NCBI GenBank assembly: GCA_964610805.1
Contig: CAZSZG010000002.1
Span: forward strand, 1 to 40,167
Length of the DNA stretch: 40,167 nucleotides
Source: an uncultured Oscillospiraceae bacterium
Lineage (GTDB): Bacteria > Bacillota > Clostridia > Oscillospirales > Ruminococcaceae
Direction: 5' to 3'
In this document: positions 1 through 8,743 of the stretch, in pieces
Layout of the letters: each line of letters starts with the position of its first letter
Position numbering within the stretch: position 1 is the first letter of the stretch
Made by a program: the position numbers and the translations under genes
The notes under the pieces: generated by a model
Databases searched by the model: none
What the model saw: only the letters and a program-made list of their open reading frames with translations
What the model was told of the DNA's origin: nothing

Positions 1-891
1 TGTATTGAACAATCTATTAAATCCACCAAGAAAGTATGAACCACAAGAAACAACGATAGCAAAAATTGTTGAGATTATTGTACCTTTTTTAATTGCAGAT
101 TCATCTTTAATAGCATAGAATTTATGTATCATTTGAGGCAATCCCCAAGTTCCAAGTGATGTTAGTATAACAACTCCAAGTAAGCTTTGTCGGTCAGGTC
201 CAAATAAAGAATTAAGTGTATTCTTTGGAACACCAGTATCGCTGATATTTCCAAGATCCTTTAAAGCAGTTGAAAGCCCACCAGCGTCGCTAACAACAAG
301 TATAACAACAAAAACGATACCTACAAGCATTATAATGCCTTGAACGAAGTCATTAATTGCAGTTGCAGTATATCCACCAAGAATTACATAAACAGCAGTT
401 AAAACAGCCATAGCAATAATGCAAGCTGTATATGGGACATTTAAAGCCATTTCAAAAAGCCTTGATAGTCCGTTGTAAACAGACGCTGTATACGGGATAA
501 GGAACAAAAATACAATCAATGCAGATGCAATCTTCAAGCCTTTTGATTTAAACCTGTGTTCAAAAAATTCAGGCATTGTTCGTGCATTAAAATGTTTTGT
601 CATTGTTCGTGTGCGGTTTCCAAGTACAATCCAAGCCAAAGCACTTCCAATTAAAGCGTTACCGACACCAATCCAAGTAGCAGATACGCCATATTTCCAA
701 CCGAATTGTCCAGCATAGCCGATAAAAACAACGGCTGAGAAGTAAGAAGTTCCATAAGCGAAAGCAGTAAGCCACGAGCCTACATTTCGACCACCGAGAA
801 CAAAATCACTAACTGAATTTGTTCTCTTAGATGTGTATAATCCAATCCCAATCATAATAGCGATATAGATTACGAGCATAGCGATTATCAT
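1..891 (-). CDS. Sodium:solute symporter (SSS) family transporter, 5' part only; the C-terminus lies beyond the window edge
   Basis: Not in the ORF track because it runs off the edge. The reverse complement from ATG (889-891) reads MIIIAMLVIYIAIMIGIGLYTSKRTNSVSDFVLGGRNVGSWLTAFAYGTSYFSAVVFIGYAGQFGWKYG... and stays open in frame to base 1 (297 codons). It is strongly hydrophobic and multi-TM, with an N-terminal pattern typical of PutP/PanF-type symporters. RBS AAAAGGGGA lies upstream. Confidence 0.8.
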   Translation of the reverse strand, partial: MIIAMLVIYIAIMIGIGLYTSKRTNSVSDFVLGGRNVGSWLTAFAYGTSYFSAVVFIGYAGQFGWKYGVSATWIGVGNALIGSALAWIVLGNRTRTMTKHFNARTMPEFFEHRFKSKGLKIASALIVFLFLIPYTASVYNGLSRLFEMALNVPYTACIIAMAVLTAVYVILGGYTATAINDFVQGIIMLVGIVFVVILVVSDAGGLSTALKDLGNISDTGVPKNTLNSLFGPDRQSLLGVVILTSLGTWGLPQMIHKFYAIKDESAIKKGTIISTIFAIVVSCGSYFLGGFNRLFNT

Positions 892-971
892 AATTATTTT
901 CCCCTTTTAATAATTTGATGCATTAACCGATAAAAGCATTTATGCTTTAAACCATTAAAGCAATTTTGCTA

Positions 972-1000
972 ATTATAACAGATATTTTCAACTCTGTCAA
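972..1000 (-). promoter_or_regulatory. Sigma-A type promoter for the symporter gene
   Basis: On the minus strand: TTGACA (995-1000), 17-nt spacer, TATAAT (972-977). Confidence 0.5.
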
Positions 1001-1071
1001 GAGGTAAACCAAAGAAAAAATATTTTGTCGAAATAATGCTTATTTAAAATAGTTGCTTGAAATAAAGTTGA

Positions 1072-1100
1072 TTGACAAGTGGTAGCAATTTTGGTATTAT
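1072..1100 (+). promoter_or_regulatory. Sigma-A type promoter for the small ORF
   Basis: TTGACA (1072-1077), 17 nt, TATTAT (1095-1100). Confidence 0.45.
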
Positions 1101-1126
1101 AACTAATAATGGGAAGGGGAATAAAT

Positions 1127-1462
1127 ATGAAACAGAATATTAACGAAATTTTCGATTCATATGATTTGTTTAGCTATAATGGAAGAAAGAAAACTAGAGA
1201 AAGAATTTGCGTGAGCAACTCGAATATATCGGAATCAGAAATTGAAAGCACGCTAAAATATTTAGATGATTTTTATCGATATTGCATCGAATATGGTCAA
1301 ATTATTGCTGATAAATATAAAACTCCCTTTTTACCAAAATCAGATGAAGCAAAAGCAGAAATTAATAAATATCTTGATTTGTGTAAAGAAAAATACCCTG
1401 AAATTGATGACGATAAAATTATCGATATATTTAGTACTGTATGTTGGTTGTCAAATAGGTAA
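1127..1462 (+). CDS. Hypothetical small protein (111 aa), no family recognised
   Basis: The track ORF is 1109-1462. I prefer the in-frame ATG at 1127 (MKQNINEIF...) because GAAGGGGA sits 6 nt upstream, whereas the 1109 ATG has no RBS. The protein looks charged, helical and soluble. Confidence 0.55.
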   Translation: MKQNINEIFDSYDLFSYNGRKKTRERICVSNSNISESEIESTLKYLDDFYRYCIEYGQIIADKYKTPFLPKSDEAKAEINKYLDLCKEKYPEIDDDKIIDIFSTVCWLSNR

Positions 1463-1528
1463 ATTTAAACTTTAATATTTTTATCAATGAGTCATACAGA
1501 ATTAATAATGTTAATTTAAAATAGTTAC

Positions 1529-1557
1529 TTGAAATAAAGTTGATGAAATGTTATAAT
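1529..1557 (+). promoter_or_regulatory. Sigma-A type promoter for nth
   Basis: TTGAAA (1529-1534), 17 nt, TATAAT (1552-1557). Confidence 0.5.
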
Positions 1558-1603
1558 AGTATAGAAATCGTTTTGAGATTAGTATAAGGATTGAGAGGTA
1601 GGA

Positions 1604-2242
1604 ATGACTAAAAGTGAGGTTGCAAAAATTGTTGTAGCAGAGTTTGAAAAGCTTTATCCTGATTCTGTGTGTTCTTTGGTGTATAGCAAACCCTATGAGC
1701 TTATGATAGCAGCGAGGCTATCGGCACAGTGTACGGATGCAAGGGTGAACATTATAACAGCAGAGTTGTTTAAGAAATATACTACGCTTGAAGCATTTGC
1801 AAATGCAGATTTGAATGAGTTGGAGAATGATATAAGGTCTTGTGGTTTTTATAGAACAAAAGCAAAAAGCATTAAGGAAATGTCGGAACAGGTGTTGAAT
1901 AATTTCGGTGGTGAAATTCCTGATACAATGGAGGATTTGCTCACGCTTTCGGGGATTGGCAGGAAAACAGCTAATCTGCTTATGGGTGATATATGGGGAA
2001 AGCCTGCTATTGTCACGGATACTCACTTTATAAGGATAACAGGTAGACTTGGCTTAACAAAGAATACTGAACCATATAAAGTGGAAAAGGACTTAGTGAA
2101 GCTTATTCCACCAGAAAAGTCATCTGATTTTTGTCATAGAATTGTGCAGTTTGGACGTGATATTTGCAGAGCTAGAAAGCCATTTTGTGAAAAGTGTCCT
2201 CTTACTGAATGTTGTAAATATTATCAAAAACAAAAAGCATGA
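1604..2242 (+). CDS. nth: Endonuclease III (DNA glycosylase / AP lyase)
   Basis: 212 aa. HhH-GPD region LSGIGRKTANL, and a C-terminal 4Fe-4S cluster loop C-x6-C-x2-C-x5-C (CRARKPFCEKCPLTECC). Confidence 0.9.
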   Translation: MTKSEVAKIVVAEFEKLYPDSVCSLVYSKPYELMIAARLSAQCTDARVNIITAELFKKYTTLEAFANADLNELENDIRSCGFYRTKAKSIKEMSEQVLNNFGGEIPDTMEDLLTLSGIGRKTANLLMGDIWGKPAIVTDTHFIRITGRLGLTKNTEPYKVEKDLVKLIPPEKSSDFCHRIVQFGRDICRARKPFCEKCPLTECCKYYQKQKA

Positions 2243-2262
2243 GAATAAATGCCATAATGCTA

Positions 2263-2291
2263 TTGACAAAACGAGATATTTGTTATACAAT
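2263..2291 (+). promoter_or_regulatory. Sigma-A type promoter for secA
   Basis: TTGACA (2263-2268), 17 nt, TACAAT (2286-2291). Confidence 0.45.
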
Positions 2292-2350
2292 AAATTTATA
2301 TGTTTTATGAAGTTAGATGTGTTAAAATCTAGAAAAAGGCGGATAATTTA

Positions 2351-5095
2351 ATGGGAATACTAAGCGGACTATTTGGTTCATATAGTAAGAGAGAGCTTGC
2401 AAGGATTGAGCCAATAAAACAACAGGTACTTAGTTTTGATGAAGAGTATCAGGCATTATCAAATGCTGAATTAAAAGCTAAAACTCAAATGTTTAAAGAT
2501 AAAATTGAGGGCGGGTCATCACTTGATGAAATTTTACCTGAGGCTCTTGCAGCTTGTCGTGAGGCAGCAGACAGAGTTTTGGGCAAAAAACCTTTCCCAG
2601 TGCAGATAATTGGTGCAATAGTTTTGCATCAAGGTCGTATTGCTGAAATGAAAACTGGTGAGGGTAAGACTTTGGTTGCGTGTCTTGCAGCATATTTGAA
2701 TGCTCTATCGGGCAAGGGCGTACATGTTGTTACTGTAAATGACTATCTTGCTAAGGTACAGTCTGAAGAAATGGGAAAAGTATTCCGTTTCATGGGCTTG
2801 ACTGTTGGAGTTATTCTTCATGGTCTTACAAATGAAGAAAGACGTGCGGCTTATAATGCTGATATTACATATGCTACAAATAATGAGCTAGGCTTTGATT
2901 ATTTGAGGGATAACATGGTAATATACAAAAAAGATAGGGTTCAGAGGGAGCATAACTTCTCAATTGTGGATGAGGTTGACTCAATTTTGATTGATGAGGC
3001 AAGAACTCCTCTTATAATTTCTGGAAAGGGAGATAAGTCCACTGATCTTTATTCTATTGTTGATAAATTCGTGTTAACATTATCACATTGCACAGTTGTT
3101 GAAATTGATGATAAGGCTGACCAAGATATACAGCATGAAGATTATGACTATATCGTTGATGAAAAGGCAAAAACTGCAACAATTACAAGACAGGGCATCA
3201 AAAAGGCAGAGAAATATTTCAATGTTATAAACCTTATGGATTCTGATAATATGACATTACTTCACCATATTAATCAGGCTTTAAAGGCACATGGAATTAT
3301 GCATTTGGATACAGATTATGTTGTAAAAGATGATGAAGTTTTAATTGTTGATGAGTTTACAGGACGTATGATGCTTGGAAGACGTTTTAACGATGGATTG
3401 CATCAAGCGATTGAAGCAAAGGAAGGCGTTAAGATAAAAAATGAGTCCAAGACTTTGGCTACAATAACATTCCAGAATTACTTTAGATTATATAATAAGC
3501 TGTCGGGTATGACGGGTACTGCTATGACTGAGGAAGATGAGTTTAAAGAAATATACAAACTTGATGTAATTTCAGTTCCTACCAACAGACCACTTATAAG
3601 AATTGACCGTCATGACCAGATTTATAAAAGTGAAAAGGGCAAATATGAGGCAGTTATTGAGCAGATTATTGAGTGCAATAAAAAAGGTCAACCAGTTTTG
3701 GTTGGTACAATTTCTATTGAGAAATCTGAATTGCTGTCAAAGATGCTTAAAAAGAAGGGTATTAAGCATGAGGTTTTGAATGCTAAATATCATGCAAAAG
3801 AAGCTGAAATTGTTTCACAGGCAGGTCAACTTGGTGCAGTTACGATTGCTACTAATATGGCTGGACGTGGTACTGATATTATGCTTGGTGGTAATGCTGA
3901 ATTTCTAGCTAAAGCTGAAATGCGTAAGCAAGGCTTTGAGGAGGACATTATTACTGAAGCAGTTGGATATGCTGAAACTCAAGATGAAGAAATCTTGAAG
4001 GTTAGAGAGATTTATATAGACCTTTATAAGAAGTATGGTATTGAGGTTAAGGAGAAAGCTCTTGAGGTTAAAAAAGCTGGTGGATTGTTTATTCTTGGTA
4101 CAGAGCGTCATGAGGCAAGACGTATTGATAACCAGTTGAGAGGGCGTTCGGGACGTCAGGGTGACGAGGGTGAGAGTATGTTCTACTTATCAGTTGATGA
4201 TGACCTTATGCGTATTTTCGGTGGCGAAAGACTAGAAGCAATGCTTAACACATTAAATGTTGATGAAAATATGCCTATTGAGAGCAGAATACTTACAAGG
4301 ATTATTGAATCATCACAACGTAAGGTTGAGGGCAGAAACTTTAGTATTAGAAAGAATGTACTGAACTACGATGATGTAATGAACACACAGCGTGAGATTA
4401 TATACAAACAGCGTTCACAGGTTCTTGACGGTGAGGATATCCATGAGTACATTGTTAAGATGATGAAGGACCTTGTTGAATATACTGTTGATAGATATTT
4501 GCTTGATGATGAGAATAAATCAGAATGGAATTTTGTTGGTTTAAGGGATTATTTTTTAGGTTGGTTAATATCTGAAGACGACTTGAAGTATGATGAGAAA
4601 GAACTTCAGGAGGTTAATAAGCAACAAATTACTGATGAGTTGTTAGAGAAGATTACTACTGCTTATAGCGATAAGGAAACAGAGGTTAGCACTAATGTAT
4701 TGCGTGAACTTGAGCGTGTAATTTTGCTTAAGGTTGTTGATACAAAGTGGATGGCACATATTGACGATATGGACGAACTTAAGAGGGGTATCGGATTGCG
4801 TGCATATGGACAGAAAAACCCTGTTGTTGAATATAGACATGAAGGTTTTGAGATGTTTGACGCAATGGTTGAGTCTATAAGAGAGGACACTGTTCGCTTA
4901 TTGCTTACTGTTAAGGTGAATGTAAATGCACCTATAAAGCGTGAACAGGTTGCAAAGCCTGACGCACCGAATGTAGGTGGTGACGGTAGTTTTGTACATC
5001 GTCGTACTTCAAATAAGAAGCTTGGCGAGAATGAATTATGCTCATGTGGAAGTGGTAAGAAGTACAAAAAATGTTGTGGAATGAAAAGTGAATAA
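2351..5095 (+). CDS. secA: Preprotein translocase ATPase SecA
   Basis: 914 aa. Walker A MKTGEGKT, DEAD-like box DEVDSILIDEARTPLIISG, TNMAGRGTDI, and a C-terminal zinc-binding tail CSCGSGKKYKKCCG. Confidence 0.97.
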   Translation: MGILSGLFGSYSKRELARIEPIKQQVLSFDEEYQALSNAELKAKTQMFKDKIEGGSSLDEILPEALAACREAADRVLGKKPFPVQIIGAIVLHQGRIAEMKTGEGKTLVACLAAYLNALSGKGVHVVTVNDYLAKVQSEEMGKVFRFMGLTVGVILHGLTNEERRAAYNADITYATNNELGFDYLRDNMVIYKKDRVQREHNFSIVDEVDSILIDEARTPLIISGKGDKSTDLYSIVDKFVLTLSHCTVVEIDDKADQDIQHEDYDYIVDEKAKTATITRQGIKKAEKYFNVINLMDSDNMTLLHHINQALKAHGIMHLDTDYVVKDDEVLIVDEFTGRMMLGRRFNDGLHQAIEAKEGVKIKNESKTLATITFQNYFRLYNKLSGMTGTAMTEEDEFKEIYKLDVISVPTNRPLIRIDRHDQIYKSEKGKYEAVIEQIIECNKKGQPVLVGTISIEKSELLSKMLKKKGIKHEVLNAKYHAKEAEIVSQAGQLGAVTIATNMAGRGTDIMLGGNAEFLAKAEMRKQGFEEDIITEAVGYAETQDEEILKVREIYIDLYKKYGIEVKEKALEVKKAGGLFILGTERHEARRIDNQLRGRSGRQGDEGESMFYLSVDDDLMRIFGGERLEAMLNTLNVDENMPIESRILTRIIESSQRKVEGRNFSIRKNVLNYDDVMNTQREIIYKQRSQVLDGEDIHEYIVKMMKDLVEYTVDRYLLDDENKSEWNFVGLRDYFLGWLISEDDLKYDEKELQEVNKQQITDELLEKITTAYSDKETEVSTNVLRELERVILLKVVDTKWMAHIDDMDELKRGIGLRAYGQKNPVVEYRHEGFEMFDAMVESIREDTVRLLLTVKVNVNAPIKREQVAKPDAPNVGGDGSFVHRRTSNKKLGENELCSCGSGKKYKKCCGMKSE

Positions 5096-5211
5096 ATGAT
5101 TCTGAAAAGGTAAGATAATTATCCACTTTTAGAGTTAAAGGGGATGAGGATACGCAAAAGTAGCCTCATTACCTTTATATAAATCAAAATAAAATATAAT
5201 AGGGGTGTATT

Positions 5212-6492
5212 ATGGCGATAATTAAGGGAATGAACGGACTAAGATATAATTCAGAGATGGCTGGCGACTTGAATACACTAGTTTGCCCTCCTTATGACAT
5301 AATTTCCGATGAAGAACGTGAACAATATCTTGATAATAATGGTTATAATATTATTAGATTAGAGCTACCAAAGGGTGAGAATAAATATAAGGATGCTGGA
5401 AACGCATTAAATGAATGGCTTGAAAAAGGCGTTTTAAAGCAGGACGATAAGGAAAGTATTTATGTTTATGAAATGGAATTCACTGCAAATGGAAATAAAA
5501 ATGCAGTAAAAGGTTTTGTATCACTTGTAAAGCTTGAGGAGTTTTCTAAGGGTATTGTTTTACCACATGAGGAAACACTTTCTAAGGCGAAGGCTGATAG
5601 ATTTAATCTAATGAGTGAAACTTTTTGTAATTTTAGCCAGATTTATTCGTTGTATATGGACGAGGACGGAAAGGCATACAGTGCGATTGACGCTTGTTCA
5701 CAGGGTAAGCCTGATATGGAGATAAGCGATAATGATGGCGTTATACATAGAATGTGGTGCGTTAGCGATGAAAAGGTGCTAAATAGCTTGGCTAAAACCT
5801 TTGAGGATAAAAAGCTTTATATCGCAGATGGTCATCATAGATATGAAACTGCACTCAATTTTCATAAACATTTATGTGATACTGGCATTTCTGATGAGAG
5901 TAGTCAATCGGGCTATATCATGATGATGCTTGTCAATATGGAGAATGATGGATTGGTTGTTTTCCCAACACATAGACTTGTGCGTGATTTGAATAATTTT
6001 AATGCTGATGATGTATCTGGAAAATTTGGCAAGTATTTCGATGTTTCTGATATAAAGGGAAGAAAAGAAGTTGAGGATAGTCTGAATAAATTGTATGAAC
6101 AGGGCAAAAAGGCATTCGCTATGTATTCTGGAAATGATAGCTTTAAGCTGTTGGTTTTGAAGAATGAAAGTGCTGTAAAAGAGGTTATGCCTGATATGTC
6201 TGATTCATATTGTGGGCTTGATGTAAGCGTACTTCATACGCTTGTTCTTGAGAAGATATTTGGTATTGATAAAGAAAATATGGCTAATCAGATTAATCTT
6301 ACATATACAAAAACTGTTGACGAGGCGATTTCATCTGTTGACAGTGGTAAAGCTAATTGTAGCTTTATATTAAATCCTACAAAGGTAAGTGAGATAAGAG
6401 ATGTTGCGTTGGCAAGAGAAAAAATGCCACAGAAATCCACTTATTTCTATCCAAAAACAATTACAGGTCTTGTAATGAATAAGTTTAGATAA
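5212..6492 (+). CDS. DUF1015 family protein (conserved, function unknown)
   Basis: 426 aa. N-terminal PPYDIIS and central ADGHHRYETA motifs are characteristic of DUF1015. Confidence 0.75.
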   Translation: MAIIKGMNGLRYNSEMAGDLNTLVCPPYDIISDEEREQYLDNNGYNIIRLELPKGENKYKDAGNALNEWLEKGVLKQDDKESIYVYEMEFTANGNKNAVKGFVSLVKLEEFSKGIVLPHEETLSKAKADRFNLMSETFCNFSQIYSLYMDEDGKAYSAIDACSQGKPDMEISDNDGVIHRMWCVSDEKVLNSLAKTFEDKKLYIADGHHRYETALNFHKHLCDTGISDESSQSGYIMMMLVNMENDGLVVFPTHRLVRDLNNFNADDVSGKFGKYFDVSDIKGRKEVEDSLNKLYEQGKKAFAMYSGNDSFKLLVLKNESAVKEVMPDMSDSYCGLDVSVLHTLVLEKIFGIDKENMANQINLTYTKTVDEAISSVDSGKANCSFILNPTKVSEIRDVALAREKMPQKSTYFYPKTITGLVMNKFR

Positions 6493-6499
6493 TGCTTAT

Positions 6500-6543
6500 A
6501 GCTGAAATTGAAAATGATTTTCAATTTCAGCTTGACTTTTTTT
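6500..6543 (+). terminator. 33-nt perfect palindrome plus T-run: likely terminator of the DUF1015 gene, and also a candidate Zur/Fur-family operator
   Basis: AGCTGAAATTGAAAAT-G-ATTTTCAATTTCAGCT (6500-6532), followed by TGACTTTTTTT. The core TGAAAAT-G-ATTTTCA (6509-6523) is a perfect 7-1-7 inverted repeat. Confidence 0.5.
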
Positions 6544-6560
6544 AGAATATATGATATTAT
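6532..6560 (+). promoter_or_regulatory. Sigma-A type promoter of the zur-znuACB operon
   Basis: TTGACT (6532-6537), 17 nt, TATTAT (6555-6560). Confidence 0.5.
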
Positions 6561-6562
6561 AA

Positions 6563-6603
6563 TTTAGCAATATGAAAATGGTTTTCATTTTCATATTGCT
6601 AAA
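6563..6603 (+). promoter_or_regulatory. Candidate Zur operator: 18-bp perfect inverted-repeat arms just downstream of the -10
   Basis: TTTAGCAATATGAAAATG-GTTTT-CATTTTCATATTGCTAAA. It contains TGAAAATGGTTTTCA, one mismatch from the 7-1-7 core at 6509-6523. Confidence 0.45.
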
Positions 6604-6643
6604 ATAATTTATAATCATTTGTACTAATTATAAAGAGGTAATT

Positions 6644-7063
6644 ATGAATAAAGGATATAAAACTAAGCAAAAGGAAAAAATACTTGAGAATATAAAAGCT
6701 AATATGGATAGGCATATAACGGCTGCTGAAATTGTGGCTCATCTTAATGCTGAGGGGACAACTGTCGGTGCTACAACAGTTTATAGGTATCTTGATAAGT
6801 TGGTTGAGATAGGTTATGTTAGAAAATATATCATGGACGAAAAATCAAGTGCTTGCTACCAATATGTGCAGGAAAATGAAGAATGTGGGGAGCATTTTCA
6901 TTTGAAATGTGTGAAATGTGGAGAGCTATTTCATACTAGTTGCGATTTTATGCAAGGCATTGATGTTCATATTTTAAAGCATCATGGATTTAGGGTTGAT
7001 AATACAAAAACTGTCTTATATGGCGAATGTGAATCCTGCCATAGCAAATTGGAGGAGAAATAA
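6644..7063 (+). CDS. zur: Fur-family metalloregulator, probably the zinc uptake regulator Zur
   Basis: 139 aa. Winged-helix N-terminus and two CxxC pairs (CVKCG, CESCH). It is the first gene of a zinc ABC importer operon. Confidence 0.75.
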   Translation: MNKGYKTKQKEKILENIKANMDRHITAAEIVAHLNAEGTTVGATTVYRYLDKLVEIGYVRKYIMDEKSSACYQYVQENEECGEHFHLKCVKCGELFHTSCDFMQGIDVHILKHHGFRVDNTKTVLYGECESCHSKLEEK

Positions 7064-7065
7064 GT

Positions 7066-8040
7066 ATGAAAAAGTTATTAAGTATATTGATGGCAATGTC
7101 GGTTTTATGCCTTGTTTTAACAGGCTGCAACATTGGGAGTACAAAGACGGATAGCGATAAAATAAGCATTGTAACCACTGTTTTTCCAAGCTATGATTTT
7201 GCAAAGCAGATTGCAGGGGATAAAGCGGATGTACAGCTTTTGCTGAAGGCTGGGGAAGAAAGTCATGCATATGAGCCATCTGTAAATGATATATTAGCAA
7301 TAAAAAACAGCGATATTTTCATATGTGTAGGGAGTATGTCTGAGGTTTGGGTGGATAGGGTTTTAGACTCAATTGATACAAGCAAAACGAAAGTTATTCA
7401 GCTGATGGATAATGTAGAGTTATTAGTTGACGGAGAAGACGACCATGATGACCATGATGATGAAGATGGGCATGACCACGACCATGAAGATGACGATGAC
7501 CATGACCATAGTGAATATGATGAGCATATATGGACTTCACCAATTAATGCAATTACAATTACTGGAGTTATTAATGACGCTTTAATTGAAGTTGATAAGG
7601 AAAATGAGAGCATTTATAATGAAAATTACAATAGCTATGTAGAAAAATTAGAGGCTTTGGATGTTAAATTCAGAGATATTGTTGAAGGTGCAAAGCGTAA
7701 TACCATTGTTTTCGGAGATAAATATCCACTTAGATACTTTTCAGAGGAGTATGGCTTGGAATATATGGCAGCATTCACAGGTTGTAGTACAGAAACAGAA
7801 CCAGGTCCTCAGACTTTGGCAAATCTTATAAATGAGGTTAAGGAAGAGAATATTCCTGTTGTTTTTTATCTTGAATTTAGCTCGCAAAAGATTGCTGATA
7901 CTATTTGTGAGGCAACTGGAGCAAAGAAAATGCAGTTTCATTCATGCCACAATGTTAGTAGTGATGATTTTAATAAAGGCGTAACATATATTCAGCTTAT
8001 GGAGGGGAATGCCGAAAGCTTAAAGGAGGCATTGAACTAG
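7066..8040 (+). CDS. znuA: Zinc ABC transporter substrate-binding lipoprotein (ZnuA/AdcA type, cluster A-I)
   Basis: 324 aa. Signal peptide with lipobox LTGC, and a His/Asp-rich loop DGEDDHDDHDDEDGHDHDHEDDDDHDHSEYDEH typical of zinc-specific binding proteins. Confidence 0.85.
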   Translation: MKKLLSILMAMSVLCLVLTGCNIGSTKTDSDKISIVTTVFPSYDFAKQIAGDKADVQLLLKAGEESHAYEPSVNDILAIKNSDIFICVGSMSEVWVDRVLDSIDTSKTKVIQLMDNVELLVDGEDDHDDHDDEDGHDHDHEDDDDHDHSEYDEHIWTSPINAITITGVINDALIEVDKENESIYNENYNSYVEKLEALDVKFRDIVEGAKRNTIVFGDKYPLRYFSEEYGLEYMAAFTGCSTETEPGPQTLANLINEVKEENIPVVFYLEFSSQKIADTICEATGAKKMQFHSCHNVSSDDFNKGVTYIQLMEGNAESLKEALN

Positions 8041-8739
8041 ATGGCTTTAATTAACTGCAATAATGTCACAATGAGTTATGAAAACAATTCGGTTTTTACT
8101 GATTTAAACTTTGAGGTAAATAGTGGCGATTACCTATGTATAGTAGGGGAGAATGGTTCAGGAAAAAGTACGCTTATTAAGGGCTTGCTTGGATTAAAAG
8201 CAACTGTTAAGGGTAAGATTGAGTATGGTGATGGGTTAAAGAAAACAGAAATAGGATATTTACCACAGCAAACAAGCATTCAAAAGGATTTTCCAGCATC
8301 TGTATATGAGGTTGTTCTATCTGGTTGCTTGAATAGCAGAGGTTTAAAACCGTTTTATTCCAAATTGGAAAAGGATACTGCACTCAAAAACATGAAAAAG
8401 CTTGGTATTGAGAACTTGAAAAAGAAATGCTATCGTGAGCTTTCGGGAGGACAACAACAGAGGGTTTTGCTTGCAAGGGCGTTATGTGCTACAAAGAAAG
8501 TACTGTTGCTTGATGAGCCTATTTCAGGACTTGATCCACTTGTTGCAACTGAAATGTACAGCTTGATTAAGGAGCTGAATAAGGTTGATGGGATAACGAT
8601 AATTATGGTTTCACATGATATAAACAGTGCAATTGAAAATGCTAGTTATATACTTCATATAAATAACGATGAAGGATATTTTTGTAAAACATCAGATTAT
8701 ATAAAAAGTGAAATGGGTATTAGGTTTTTAGGGGAGTAA
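8041..8739 (+). CDS. znuC: Zinc ABC transporter ATP-binding protein
   Basis: 232 aa. Walker A GENGSGKST, signature LSGGQQQR, Walker B LLLDEP. Confidence 0.85.
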   Translation: MALINCNNVTMSYENNSVFTDLNFEVNSGDYLCIVGENGSGKSTLIKGLLGLKATVKGKIEYGDGLKKTEIGYLPQQTSIQKDFPASVYEVVLSGCLNSRGLKPFYSKLEKDTALKNMKKLGIENLKKKCYRELSGGQQQRVLLARALCATKKVLLLDEPISGLDPLVATEMYSLIKELNKVDGITIIMVSHDINSAIENASYILHINNDEGYFCKTSDYIKSEMGIRFLGE

Positions 8740-8743
8740 ATTT

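Noticed and set aside
1109-1126. Upstream ATG at 1109 as the start of the small ORF; similarly 16322 (comEC), 24425 (dapA), 29101 (abrB-like) and 9860 (small ORF)
   Set aside because: In each case an internal start codon has a properly spaced purine-rich RBS, and for dapA and abrB it matches the conserved family N-terminus. The longest-ORF starts do not.
4663-5067. 134-aa minus-strand ORF inside secA, and similar antisense ORFs at 18587-19021, 19722-20078 and 37887-38312
   Set aside because: All are embedded antisense in well-supported conserved genes (secA, holA, the Toprim gene, pheT) and lack start signals.
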